Assembly: GCF_009914755.1 (NCBI RefSeq) | Contig: NC_060936.1 | Reading direction: 5' to 3' (one strand) | Source: the human T2T-CHM13v2.0 reference genome, Homo sapiens | DNA: 64,000 bases | Made by a program: the position numbers and the translations under genes | Notes under the pieces: generated by a model | The model's input: only the letters and a program-made list of their open reading frames with translations | Databases searched by the model: none | Told to the model about the DNA's origin: nothing | Part shown: in pieces, positions 22,561 to 37,005 of the stretch | Numbering within the stretch: position 1 is the first letter of the stretch | How the letters are laid out: every line of letters begins with the position of its first letter

Positions 22561-22994
22561 TATCTTATTTCCCTTAGGCATTTGCAAAGTGCTTTATACG
22601 TATTAACTCATTTAATTCTCTCATTATTTGAAGGTAGGTAAATTTGAAGGTAGAACTGAGATTTGAATTCAGATAATCTGACCTCGTGCTTTAAACCATT
22701 CTACTGTAATTCAGAAAATAAGTATAAAATGTTTAGCACAGTGCCTGTCTCATAATTATGGCTCAGTAATATTGCTTAATAATACAGTTAGAATAATAAT
22801 GGAGCCTTTTCACAGGGCAGACTTTAATGTTCAAAGCTAGGAGACCCAGAGGGTGAAGAGAGCTAGTTGAACATGGTCATTTTTATTCCTTCCCGGATGC
22901 CTGTAAACCTTGACTATTTGCTAGGCATGGACTTGAGTTGAGGGTGGTAACATTTCTAATGTATCCTGAATGTTGGTTGGTTTTTTTTTTTCAG

Positions 22995-23201
22995 TTGAAG
23001 AACAAGAGAGGCAGGAAAGGAATAGAGGCCAACAGCCCCCCAAAGAGGGTGGTGAAGAGAGTGCAAACTTGGACTTCATGTTGGCCCTAAGTCTGCAAAA
23101 TGAAGGCCAAGCCTCCAGTGTGGCAGAGCAGGACTTCTGGAGGGCCGTATGTGAGGCCGACCAGTCTCATGGCGGTCCCAGGTCTCTCAGTGACATAAAG
23201 G
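22995..23201 (+). CDS. TRAFD1: TRAFD1 exon: FEEQERQERN...DFMLALSLQNE...SLSDIK(G)
   Basis: Poly-T cag| acceptor, |gtaggc donor, 207 nt, phase 1-1. Confidence 0.95.
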
Positions 23202-23298
23202 GTAGGCTTGCTTATTCTGCACTAGCCTCTTTCTCTACAGTTTTTGTAAGTCTTAGGTTATACAATTCTTATACAATTGAAAGATTTTAATGAAATAG

Positions 23299-23532
<234 letters not shown>

Positions 23533-23789
23533 TGACAGAGTGACACCTTGTCTCAAAAAAAAAAGGCTCTAAAGGACATTATTGTACAAGTAGAGAACTT
23601 ACATTAAAGTTGCTGAGAGTGACATCCGTATTGTTTACATAGGAGAAAGCAGTGCCCTTGTTCTTCAAAGGCACATGATGAAGTACTTAGGAATAAAATG
23701 TTATGTGTTCAAACTTATTCTCAAATAGTTCAGGGGAAAAATACATAAAAGTAATGTGAGGAAATATTAAGCTTTGTGAATATAGATGA

Positions 23790-24190
<401 letters not shown>

Positions 24191-24296
24191 TAGCCAGGAT
24201 TGTCTCGATCTCCTGACCTCGTGATCCGCCTGCCTCGGCCTCCCAAAGTGCTGGGATTACAGGCGTGAGCTACTGCGCCCAGCCATGCCCGGCTAA

Positions 24297-24488
<192 letters not shown>

Positions 24489-24612
24489 TAATCTGTTGTT
24501 TAATGTGTCCCTTAAGATTTTCACTTAGTGATTATATATTTCATTTTGAGTTCTGTTTGATCCTTTTCCTCATTGTACCTCCTAATTTTTAAAATAATCT
24601 TTTGTTCCATAG

Positions 24613-24846
<234 letters not shown>

Positions 24847-26491
24847 TAGTCTCGAACTCCTGAACTCAAGCAATCTGCCCCACCTCGGCCTCCCAAAGGA
24901 TTGGGATTACAGGCATTAGCCACTGCGCCCAGCATAGTTCCCTCTTTAACATGTCTTTAAACATGTTAAATATACTTATTTTTCTTTTGTGTCCAAAAAT
25001 AGCAAAAACTGTTTCTTTGCTATGTTGTTTCTGCGTCTCCTGTTCATGGAGGCTTGCTACGTGTGTGTGTGAACACCAAGTTTTCTAGCATGTTCCTCTG
25101 AGAATTTATAAATGCTTCTGGCAGGCACATAGAGATACTACCATTAGGGGTAACTTTAAGCTTTTGGCCTGGACTTTTTTTTTTTTTTTTCTTGAGACAG
25201 AGTCTCCCTCTGTTGCCCAGGCTGGAGTGCCATGGCGCGATCTTGGCTCATTGCAACCTCCGCCTCTGGGGTTCAAGTGATTTCTCCTGCCTCAGCCTCC
25301 AGGGTAGCTGGGATTACAGGCTTGTACCACCATGCCCGCCTAATTTTTGTATTTTTAGTAGAGACAGGGTTTTACCGTGTCGCTCAGGTTGGTCTGGAAC
25401 TCCTGACCTCAGGTAATCCACCCACCTTGGCCTCCCAAAGTGCTGGGATTATAGGTGTGAGACACCATGCCCGGCTGGCTTGGACTTTTAAAAAGCATAA
25501 ACGTAGCTGAGCATCATGTCTCATTCCTGTAATCCCAACACTTTGGGAGGCTGAGACGGGAGGTTCATTTGAGCCAAGGAGTTCAAGACCATCCTGGGCA
25601 ACAGAGTCAGACTTCATTTCTACACAATATAAACAAAAACTAGCTAGGCATGGTGGCACACACCTGTAGTCTCAGCTACTGGGTAGGCTGAGGTGGGAGG
25701 ATCTCTTGAGCCTGGGAGATCAAGGCTGCAGTGAACCAAGATTGCACAACTGCACTCCAATCTAGGCAACAGAAAAAAAATCACAAATGCGAATTTATGT
25801 AAAAATAGAAACATAAAAAACAGAAGCACAGACTGTGACCCCAAACCTATGTAAGGGGCCAAGCTCTAGTTACTCTACTTGGTAGAGACTTTTCTTTTAC
25901 CCAGAACTAAAATCTAGATGGGTAGAAGGGTAAATTTCCCTACATCCCGCCATTGTTCACCCTCCCATTTGTTTAGCAGTTTTCCTGAGGATGTTGTGTC
26001 TGGGAATCTTGGGTTTAAAATGTATCGATTTGTTCACTTCAGTTACTTTTAGGCAGCATTTTTTGGTACTGGGAGGAGTATTCAGGATATTGTTTGCCAG
26101 TTTATCCGTAAAATAAGGATAATGTAGGATCTACTTCGTAAGTTTTTTCTGAGGATTGAAATAGTGTGTGGAAAACACTTAAGATTATTGCCTATGGTTA
26201 TTACACATTTAAATCGCTTCCTTAGAGTAGTGAGTAGCAGGTAAACTACTGCTATACTGCTACTCAGGAAATTGGGGTCAAGTACATTTCTTGTTTTGTC
26301 ATGGAAGTTTTGGCCTAGAGTTTATCTCTTGGATGGGTTCCCTCTGAGAATATACAGCCCCACAAATTGCTATCTATAAGAAACATTAAAGAAAGCCAAA
26401 CTTCTATATAAGACCCCATAAAGAGGATAAAAAGTTAAATTCAAGTTTGTTTTTGTTCATCCTGAGTCTCATTGTGTGGCCTAATACCTAG

Positions 26492-26568
26492 GTGCAGCTG
26501 ACGAGATCATGTTGCCTTGTGAATTTTGTGAGGAGCTCTACCCAGAGGAACTGCTGATTGACCATCAG
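26492..26568 (+). CDS. TRAFD1: TRAFD1 exon: (G)AADEIMLPCEFCEELYPEELLIDHQ
   Basis: cctag| acceptor, CAG|gtgtgt donor, 77 nt. Confidence 0.92.
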
Positions 26569-26765
26569 GTGTGTTATGAATTACTTGAGGACTTTTAGTA
26601 GGATTGTATGCAGGCCATAATTGGTGTTGCAGGCCACATGAGGCCTTGAACAAATCATTTTAATACAATGCCCATAGTAGGAATAGCAAGTGTTCTTTTC
26701 CATGATGTGAGTGGCATACAGATATGAAAACTTAGCCTTGTTCCTTCTTAGAAAAAGTGATGGCA

Positions 26766-27150
26766 TCCTTTGTAGGGACATGGATGAAATTGGAAATCAT
26801 CATTCTCAGTAAACTATCGCAAGGACAAAAAACCAAACACCACATGTTCTCACTCATAGATGGCAACTGAACAATGAGAACACATGGACACAGGAAGGGG
26901 AACATCACACTCTGGGGACTGTTGTGGGGTTGGGGGAGGGGGGAGGGATAGCATTAGGAGATATACCTAATGCTAAATGACGAGTTAATGGGTGCAGCAC
27001 ACCAGCATGGCACATGTATACATATGTAACTAACCTGCACATTGTGCACATGTACCCTAAAACTTAAAGTATAATAATAATAAAAAAAAGAAGAAGAAGA
27101 AGAAAAAAAAAAACAATAGTGAAATAACAGCAAAAAAAAAAAAAAAAAAA
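26766..27150 (+). mobile_element. Young 5'-truncated L1 (L1PA2/3-like 3' end) with TSD and bipartite A-tail
   Basis: L1 ORF2 end plus 3'UTR with polypurine G-tract; non-Ta GAG at the diagnostic site; TSD aaaaagtgatggca at 26752-26765 and ending 27161. Confidence 0.93.
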
Positions 27151-27867
27151 AAGTGATGGCAGTGATGTATGCCTGTAGTCCCAGCTACTCAGGAGGCTGA
27201 GGTGGGAGGATTGCTTGAGCCCATGAGTTTAAGGCCAGCCTGGGCAACATAGTGAGACCCCAGCTCTACCAAAAAAAAAGGGGGGGGCAGGGAATGATGC
27301 TCATTTCAGCAGACCTGGAAATCTCATGCTAGCAGCCCTTTCATGTGGTAGTGACTGGTGCACATATATCTCCACTATCCGTTTTGTGATCTGGTCTCAT
27401 CTCATGCCACATTTTGATTTATTGGAGCTGTATTGAAGTCCTTGCATTTTTCTAGAAAGGTCAAGGGTGTTTTCTGCACATTACTTTATCTACCTGAAAG
27501 GTGTCTGGCCTTCTGCCCCTGTCTCCTTAACACATCCAACAACACAGACCCCTTACTTGTAGAGTTGGTTCAGATGTGACTTTATGGAAGCCATCCTGAT
27601 AGGTACTATGAAGGCTAGGTCAGGAACCACACCTGTGTGCTTCTAAAAGTCTGTGCCCACCTCTCTTATAGTTTGTCACTTTATGATGTGGTCTTCTGAT
27701 CTCCTGTTGGTCTGCACCACTAGGCTGATTTCCCTGAGGGCAGGTTCTGGGTTTTCCCAGTTTCGGAATCTCTAAATACTTGGTATCTGAAAAGGTGTCA
27801 GTTATTTGAATGATTGACTATTCTTGAGCCATTTAGGAATGATGAGCAAATAGCTTTATGTGTTTGA

Positions 27868-28086
<219 letters not shown>

Positions 28087-28979
28087 TAGAGACAGGGTTT
28101 CACCATGTTGGCTAGGCTGGTCTCAAACTCCTAACCTCGTGACCTGCCCACTTCAGCCTCCCAAAGTGCTGAGATTACAGGCGTGAGCCTCCACGTCTGG
28201 CCAGGAGGGAACTTCTTGTTCCCTCAATACTCTGATTTGGTTTGGCCTAGTCTGGCATTTCCACAACTACCAAATAGTGCCTGTGCTCTGGATGGTGGAA
28301 CATACTTTCCCCCATAAATGAAATAATATATTATTTGAATACATGTAGTTTTTGTTTTGGGAGTACCATAGAAAATCCATTAACAAAGATAATAAAGAAT
28401 ATTTGTGCCTCTCTTTTACTGTATGGATGTGGTGGGAAGAACCTTGAATCTTTTCAAATTAATTTAAAAAGAATGAACACACTTAAAAAAAACCATAAAA
28501 ATATTTAAAAGTAAAATGAGTGTTCTATGTGTATTCCTCTTTTTTGTTCCTCTTTCCAATATTAAGCATTTAAAAAAATTTTTTTTTTTTTTTTTGAGAC
28601 GGAGTCTCGCTCTGTGACCCAGGCTGGAGTGCAGTGGTGCGATCTCGGCTCACTGCAACCTCTGCCTCTCAGGTTCAAGCAATTCTCTGCCTCAGCCTCC
28701 CAGGTAGCTGGGATTATAGCCAAGTGCCACCACGCCCGGCTAATTTTTGTATTTTTAGTAGAGATGGGGTTTCACTGTCTTGGCCAGGCTGGTCTTGAAC
28801 TGCTGACCTCGTGATCCACCTGCCTCGGCCTCCCAAAGTGCTGGGATTACAGGCGTGAGCCACCGCGCCCGGCCAAGCATTGTTAAAATTATATGACTTC
28901 TTCTAGAAAATATTTTAGGAATGTAGTTTTTTTCTTAACCTCTGATTCTTGTTTTTAACCTATATTTTTTGAATGACAG

Positions 28980-29210
28980 ACAAGCTGTAACCCTTCACGT
29001 GCCTTACCTTCACTCAATACTGGCAGCTCTTCCCCCAGAGGGGTGGAGGAACCTGATGTCATCTTCCAGAACTTCTTGCAACAGGCTGCAAGTAACCAGT
29101 TAGACTCTTTGATGGGCCTGAGCAATTCACACCCTGTGGAGGAGAGCATCATTATCCCATGTGAATTCTGTGGGGTACAGCTGGAAGAGGAGGTGCTGTT
29201 CCATCACCAG
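28980..29210 (+). CDS. TRAFD1: TRAFD1 exon: TSCNPSRALP...IIIPCEFCGVQLEEEVLFHHQ
   Basis: gacag| acceptor, CAG|gtaagg donor, 231 nt. Confidence 0.93.
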
Positions 29211-29759
29211 GTAAGGGTCCCTGGAGTCCCTGTCCATGTGGCTCTGTGCGTGAACCTGAGGCTTCCAGAGCTGAGAACACTTCCTTAGCCTTTAAGTTGC
29301 ATTCCATCCTGACAAGGAATGCACACACTTGGCTTCTGGCCAAGTCATCTTTGTGAGCTGTCTGTGGTAACCAATACCGCAGGCTTTCAGACTTTCCCTC
29401 CCTTTGGGCAACTGAAGCCATCTTGTTACTAGCTGAGGACCAAAGAGCCAGGACTCTATTTGAGCAGGTGTGGAAGGAAGCCTTGTCAGAGAGTTTAGAT
29501 GACAGTCTCCCTGCTTTTCACCAGGTGGGTTTTTCCCATTGTGGTGGCATTTGAGACTTGCATTCTAGGAGACCTGAGGGTCTACTTCTGGTTTTGTCCT
29601 GTGGATGACCCTTACTGGGGCCATCTGTGAGGGAGTTGGACTAGACAATATGAAGTCATTTTTCAGCATTTACAGTATAGGATTCCAATCTATTAGTGGA
29701 AAATATGTTTTCTGCCCAATCGTATATGTTACAGGGAGTGAGAGTCAACACTGCAGCTA

Positions 29760-30263
<504 letters not shown>

Positions 30264-30265
30264 TC

Positions 30266-30376
30266 AGCTGCTCTGAAGGTAGTGAGTTATCTCAGTTGAT
30301 TGTTCACAGTCAGTTACAGATTGAACTCCTTGTTCTACTCTTTTCCCCGTTCTCACTATTGCACTTGAATAGTCTT
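30266..30376 (+). pseudogene. Y1 RNA (RNY1-derived) retropseudogene in a TRAFD1 intron
   Basis: Near full-length similarity to Y1 (gaaggtagtgagttatctcagttgattgttcacagtcagttacagattgaactccttgttctactc...gcacttgaatagtctt); A-tail 30377-30395; imperfect TSD aaatgcttttc (30255) / aaatgtttttc (30401). Confidence 0.9.
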
Positions 30377-30656
30377 AAAAAACAGAAAAAAAAAAGAAAT
30401 AAATGTTTTTCTGGGCTCCAAGATCAGCCCTTCCCGCATCCCTGCACAAATCAGAAAGTGTTTCTGTCAGTGCCTCATGTGCCGATGGGATTGAATGCAA
30501 CCATTCCAGATGTGTGGTTTCTGAAAGTTCCCAGAACTTTCAGAGGTTGTCAAAGTCCCCCTCCAGATGAGGAATACACTGCTGTTCCTCCCATCGCATG
30601 CTCTTTTCTGGGAATGACTCAATTCAGAGGTACTAATTCTGGTTTTTCTTGTTTAG

Positions 30657-30777
30657 GACCAGTGTGACCAACGCCCAGCCACTGCAACCAACCATGTGAC
30701 AGAGGGGATTCCTAGACTGGATTCCCAGCCTCAAGAGACCTCACCAGAGCTGCCCAGGAGGCGTGTCAGACACCAGG
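30657..30777 (+). CDS. TRAFD1: TRAFD1 exon: DQCDQRPATATNHV...RRRVRHQ(G)
   Basis: gtttag| acceptor, G|gtattt donor, 121 nt. Confidence 0.92.
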
Positions 30778-31926
30778 GTATTTATTAGCCAGGACTCAGC
30801 CAAGGCCGCAGGTCTACTGCTGGCTCCGGCCTGTTTACCACTTCCCATCCACTGCTCTAATGTGGGGATTACCTGCATCTCAAATTTCCAAACACACTAG
30901 GGTCTCATAGGGGACTCCTCTGCAGGTAGTTGTGGTCCCACATTAGACTGAGCTCTCTCAAGTGTGTGATTTTTAGGGTAATGGCTTTGCGGACATCCAT
31001 GAGATACATGTAGTAGTAAGTGCTTGTAATAAGTTTCTGGTTTCCTATCTGTGCACTTAGTGGATTATTTGTAGATAATTTGCAGACCTTATGGTAGCTA
31101 CCCTGGGCCCCCATTTCAAGTTGAAATACACTTAGGGTACTCAAACCTATTATTATTATTTAATTTTTTTGTAGAGACAGAGTCTTGCTCTGTCACCCAG
31201 GCTGGAGTACAGTGGCACAATCATAGCTTACCACAGCCTCAAACTCCTGGGCTCAAGTGATCCTCTCTCCTCAGCCTCCCAAGTAGCTGGAACTACAGGC
31301 ACACTCTACTACACCCAACTAATTTTTTTGTTTTTGTAGAGATAGGGTCTTGCTATGTTGCCCAGGGTGATTTCGAACTCTTGGCCTCAAGTAGTCCTCC
31401 TGCCTTGGACTCCCAAAGCATTGGGGTTACATGCGTAGGCCACTGTGACCGACCTCAAACTTATTTATTTAATTTATTTTTTTTAGACAGGGTCTCTTTG
31501 TCATCCAGGCTGGAGTGCAGTGGCGTGATCACTGCAGTCTCAACCTCTTGAGCTCAAGTGATTCTCCCACTCTTAGCCTCCTGAGTAGCTGGGACTATAG
31601 GTAGGCTAGGTGCCCACCAACACACCCAGCTAATTTTTAATTTTTTTTTGTAGAGTTGGGGTTTCGCCACATTGTCCAGGCTGATCTTGAACTCCTGGGC
31701 TCAAGTGTTCCTCCCAGCTCGGCCTCCCAAAGTGTTGGGATTACAGGTGTGAGCCATCACACCCAGCCTCAAACTTATTATTATTACTTAAGACCATCAT
31801 GTTTAGGCAAGTAAACTGTTTTTGAAACCTCACCACTACAAAGCCAATTAGAAATTATTTTTTGGCTGGGCATGGTGACTCACACCTGTAATCCCAGCAC
31901 TTTGGGAGGCTGAGGTGGGCGGATCA

Positions 31927-32160
<234 letters not shown>

Positions 32161-32706
32161 TCAAGGTTTGCTTGCACACTATTGTTGAATAGTTAGGAGG
32201 CTGTCTTTGAGGACTCAGATAATATGTGCAGAATTGATAAAATATCCCCATCTCTGCCCTGGAGATGTGGGTTCCAGCAGCCTTTTGGGGTGAGCAGTTG
32301 TCTTTTTTTTTTTTGAGACACAGTCTTGCTCTGTCTTGTCCAGGCTGGAGTGCAGTGGCATGATCTTGGCTCACTGCAGTCTTCACCTCCTGGGTTTAAG
32401 TGATTCTCCTGGTCTCAGCCTCCTGAGTAGCTGAGACTATAGCTGTGTGCCACCTCACCTGGCTAATTTTGTATTTTTTTTTTAGTAGAGATGGAATTTC
32501 ACCATGTTGGCCAGGCTGGTCTCTAACTCTTGACCTCAGGTGATCCCCGCACCTCGGCCTCCCAAAGTGCTGGGTTTACAGGCATGAGCCACCACGCCTG
32601 GCTGAGCAGTTGTCTTCTATCTGGAATCTTTTTGTTCCTGCCCTAAACCTGGCACTATAGCCAGAGCAGGCTTTTTCCTAAAGCTGTTACCATTTTCTCT
32701 TCTCAG

Positions 32707-33046
32707 GAGACCTGTCTTCTGGTTACCTGGATGATACTAAGCAGGAAACAGCTAATGGGCCCACCTCCTGTCTGCCTCCCAGCCGACCCATTAACAATAT
32801 GACAGCTACCTATAACCAGCTATCGAGATCAACATCAGGCCCCAGACCTGGGTGCCAGCCCAGCTCTCCTTGTGTGCCGAAGCTCAGCAACTCAGACAGC
32901 CAGGACATCCAGGGGCGGAATCGAGACAGCCAGAATGGGGCCATAGCCCCTGGGCACGTTTCAGTGATTCGCCCTCCTCAAAATCTCTACCCAGAAAACA
33001 TTGTGCCCTCTTTCTCCCCTGGGCCTTCAGGGAGATACGGAGCTAG
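32707..33046 (+). CDS. TRAFD1: TRAFD1 exon: (G)DLSSGYLDDTKQE...PSGRYGA(S), Pro/Ser-rich
   Basis: ttctcag| acceptor, AG|gtaaga donor, 340 nt; matches ORF 32799..33050. Confidence 0.93.
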
Positions 33047-33332
33047 GTAAGAATCAGTAGCCCAGGAATGGGGCTTGGGAGTAGCTGAAGCGAACATGGG
33101 CAAAGGCCTGGTTACCCTTGCCAGGCCTGGGGTAAGACTGAGGTACTTGCATGGTAAGGGGAGGAGTATGGATTTTCCCTGTATTGTCACCTGACTCCAA
33201 AAAAATTATTTTGTGGCCTATGGGTTTTTTGGGGTTTGTCTGCTAGCATAGGACTGCTTCCTGTTCCCTCTGAGTTTGTTGACCTTTGCTCAGGGACACT
33301 TCAGGAGCTAGTTTCTAATTGTTTTCTTTCAG

Positions 33333-33405
33333 TGGTAGGAGTGAAGGTGGCAGGAATTCCCGGGTCACCCCTGCAGCTGCCAACTACCGCAGCAGAACTG
33401 CAAAG
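33333..33405 (+). CDS. TRAFD1: TRAFD1 exon: GRSEGGRNSRVTPAAANYRSRTAK
   Basis: ctttcag| acceptor, AAG|gtaagg donor, 73 nt. Confidence 0.92.
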
Positions 33406-33640
33406 GTAAGGTGGGCTCCAGCCCATGATGCTCAGTGGGGGACTCAGACATGGTGGGGCTTGTGTGGCTCCTGAAGTTGTAGAAGTTGTTGGGACCAGGC
33501 TGGTTGTGGTTCAAAGATTGTTCCTTTGGCTTTTGAGAAGGAGGTTTCTAAGGAAGCGGGACATTTTCGGGGATCCAGGGGAGGAGTAATGCTTTTTCAC
33601 TTTTTATGTAAAGCTTCGTTTGTGTTGTGTTGTTCACCAG

Positions 33641-33697
33641 GCAAAGCCTTCCAAGCAACAGGGAGCTGGGGATGCAGAAGAGGAAGAGGAGGAGTAA
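33641..33697 (+). CDS. TRAFD1: TRAFD1 last coding exon: AKPSKQQGAGDAEEEEEE*
   Basis: caccag| acceptor; TAA at 33695-33697; total CDS 1749 nt = 582 aa, matching the recalled TRAFD1 length. Confidence 0.94.
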   Translation, partial: AKPSKQQGAGDAEEEEEE

Positions 33698-34486
33698 TGG
33701 TGTCTCCAGAGACTTTACATCGGTTCCTGTCTTCTGTGCACAGCAGCACTTGCCGCTGTGCAGGCCCACCTCTTTGGCTCTTTGGGTGGGAGAGTTTTTC
33801 CAGATTTTAGATTTTTCTAGGTTATGGCCATTTTGTGTCTTTTGAGGTTGTGCTGTGGGGGTTTGGGTTTGAGGGAAGGGAGCAGGGTGGCGGTTGAGGA
33901 ACGCTTCAGCCTTAGCTGCTACCTTTCGGCAGCAGTGAAATACAAGCTGCAGCCTCGGCTGCCAGGGCTCCCTTTTGACTTATTGTCGCCACTGCCCCTT
34001 GGTGCTGTGTGGTCCCAGTGGAAGGAGGGGAAGATTTTGGAAACCTGGTAGCCACCAGTAAGGTGATTCTCTGCCCTGTTGGGGCCTAAATTTGGGGGCT
34101 TTTGGGCAACCTCTCCGTGTACTGCGTCTGTCCACACTCGATTGGGCCCCAGGTGTGTATGAGGCGCTCTGGTAAGGTGCTCAGGCCAGTTGCAATGTCT
34201 GTCAGTAACGAGGCTTTTGATGTGTTGAGCTGGAGGTGAGTGGACCGGGGGCTGTGTTTTAAGCTGCTTCCTTGGCATTTGGCATCACTGCCTTCTGTTC
34301 CCGGGGGAGCATGGATCTTTTGTCCTCACTGCTTTCTAATGGGGAGGGCTGAGGGCTCCCTGTCCCCACAGCAGGTATGTTGGGCTCTGCCCCAGCCCCA
34401 CACTTGCTCTGAAAACCAAGTGTCAGAGCCCCTTCCCCTTGTTTTTATTTTACTGTTATAATAATTATTAACTTCCTTGTAATAGA

Positions 34487-34492
34487 AATAAA
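34487..34492 (+). terminator. TRAFD1: TRAFD1 polyadenylation signal AATAAA (3'UTR 33698 to ~34510)
   Basis: AATAAA with upstream U-rich/TGTA and downstream GU-rich sequence (tcttgtggttccttctcctgtgtg). Confidence 0.85.
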
Positions 34493-35409
34493 GTTTGTAC
34501 TTGGAGTTCAGCTCAGTCTTGTGGTTCCTTCTCCTGTGTGCTTTAGAGACTGCAGGGAGGGCAGGGTAGGCTGGAGTCAGCCCTGGGGTTGGAGGAGGTG
34601 AGCAGGGCTGGGCTTTCTCCGGCACTCCAGTAACCCTCGCAGCTCCACCATGAGTCCCTTCTTGGAGTACACAGACATTGAACGTGTAGTGTTTTAAATT
34701 GGACTTCTGAGAAAACTGACAGGCTTGCTGCAGCTCCGGTGATGACTGGGGCTAGAAGGGGTGCCTCTGACTGAATAGAGAAAAGCAAATTCTTCAAAAG
34801 CCTTCATCCTGAGAGGAGTTGAGCCCTAGCAGGATTAGCTGTTACCCCTCAGTGCCTCCGTCTGCATAGGACCACTGAGCACCGTAGGTCATTTTGAGTT
34901 CCTTTGTTCTTCCAACAACCTGTTGGGGTGGGAAAGGTGGGAGGAACTGCCCTATTTCATAGATGGAACACTAGACACGGGAACCATGCGGCCAGTTCTT
35001 TGCAGAGGCAGGTCTCTGAAAAGAATTATCCTGAGAGAAAAAAGCTTCGTCTGCATGCACTCGCGCACACACACAAACGATACATAGTAGGGTTAGATCT
35101 TTTAGTGTATGTCAGTTATATCTCAGTAAAACAAAATCACCTTAGCTCAGTGAGACTTTCATGTGTTGTTGCGTGAAAGAAACTGGAGGGACTCGGACTT
35201 GCATGGCTTCTGCTGTCATTGAAATCTCCCTGGAACTTCAAAAAGTTGGGAGGAAGGATCCAGGGCAGCTCTAAGTCCTCTCCCCAGCTGGGCCAGGGAA
35301 CAGTCATGTTGCCCTTAACTGTCTGTTGGAGTGTGGGGATAGACCTGCCAGAAAGTCAAACTCTCCCCACTCTGCCTTTGGTTGGATTAGACATTGAGTA
35401 AAATAGTAG

Positions 35410-35646
<237 letters not shown>

Positions 35647-35803
35647 TGACCTCGTGATCTGCCCACCTCGGCCTCCCACAGTGCTGGGATTACAGGCGTG
35701 AGCCACTGTGACCCGCCAACAATGGGGTTTTCTAAATATACAGTTATGTCATCTGCAAACAGAGACAATATGATTTCCTCTCTTCCTACTTGAATACCCT
35801 TTA

Positions 35804-36088
<285 letters not shown>

Positions 36089-36117
36089 CTATTTATATGA
36101 TGGATTACATTTATTGA

Positions 36118-36505
<388 letters not shown>

Positions 36506-36849
36506 AGTTTACCAGTATTTTATTGAGGATTTTCACATCGATGTTCATCAGGGGTATTGGCCTGAAATGTTCTTTTTTTGTTGTGTCTCTGTCAGGTTTT
36601 GGTATTAGAATGATGCTGGCCTCATAAAATGAGTTAGGGAGGAGTCCCTCTTTTTCTATTATTTGGAATAGTTTCAGAAGGAATGGTACCAGCTCCTCTT
36701 TCTACCTTTAGTAGAATTTGACTCTGAATCCATCTGGTCTTGGGTTTTTTTCGGTTGGTAGGCTATTAATTACTGCCTCAATTTCAGAACTTGTTATTGG
36801 TCTATTCAAGGATTCGACTTCTTCCTGGTTTAGTCTTGGAAGGGTGTTA

Positions 36850-37005
<156 letters not shown>

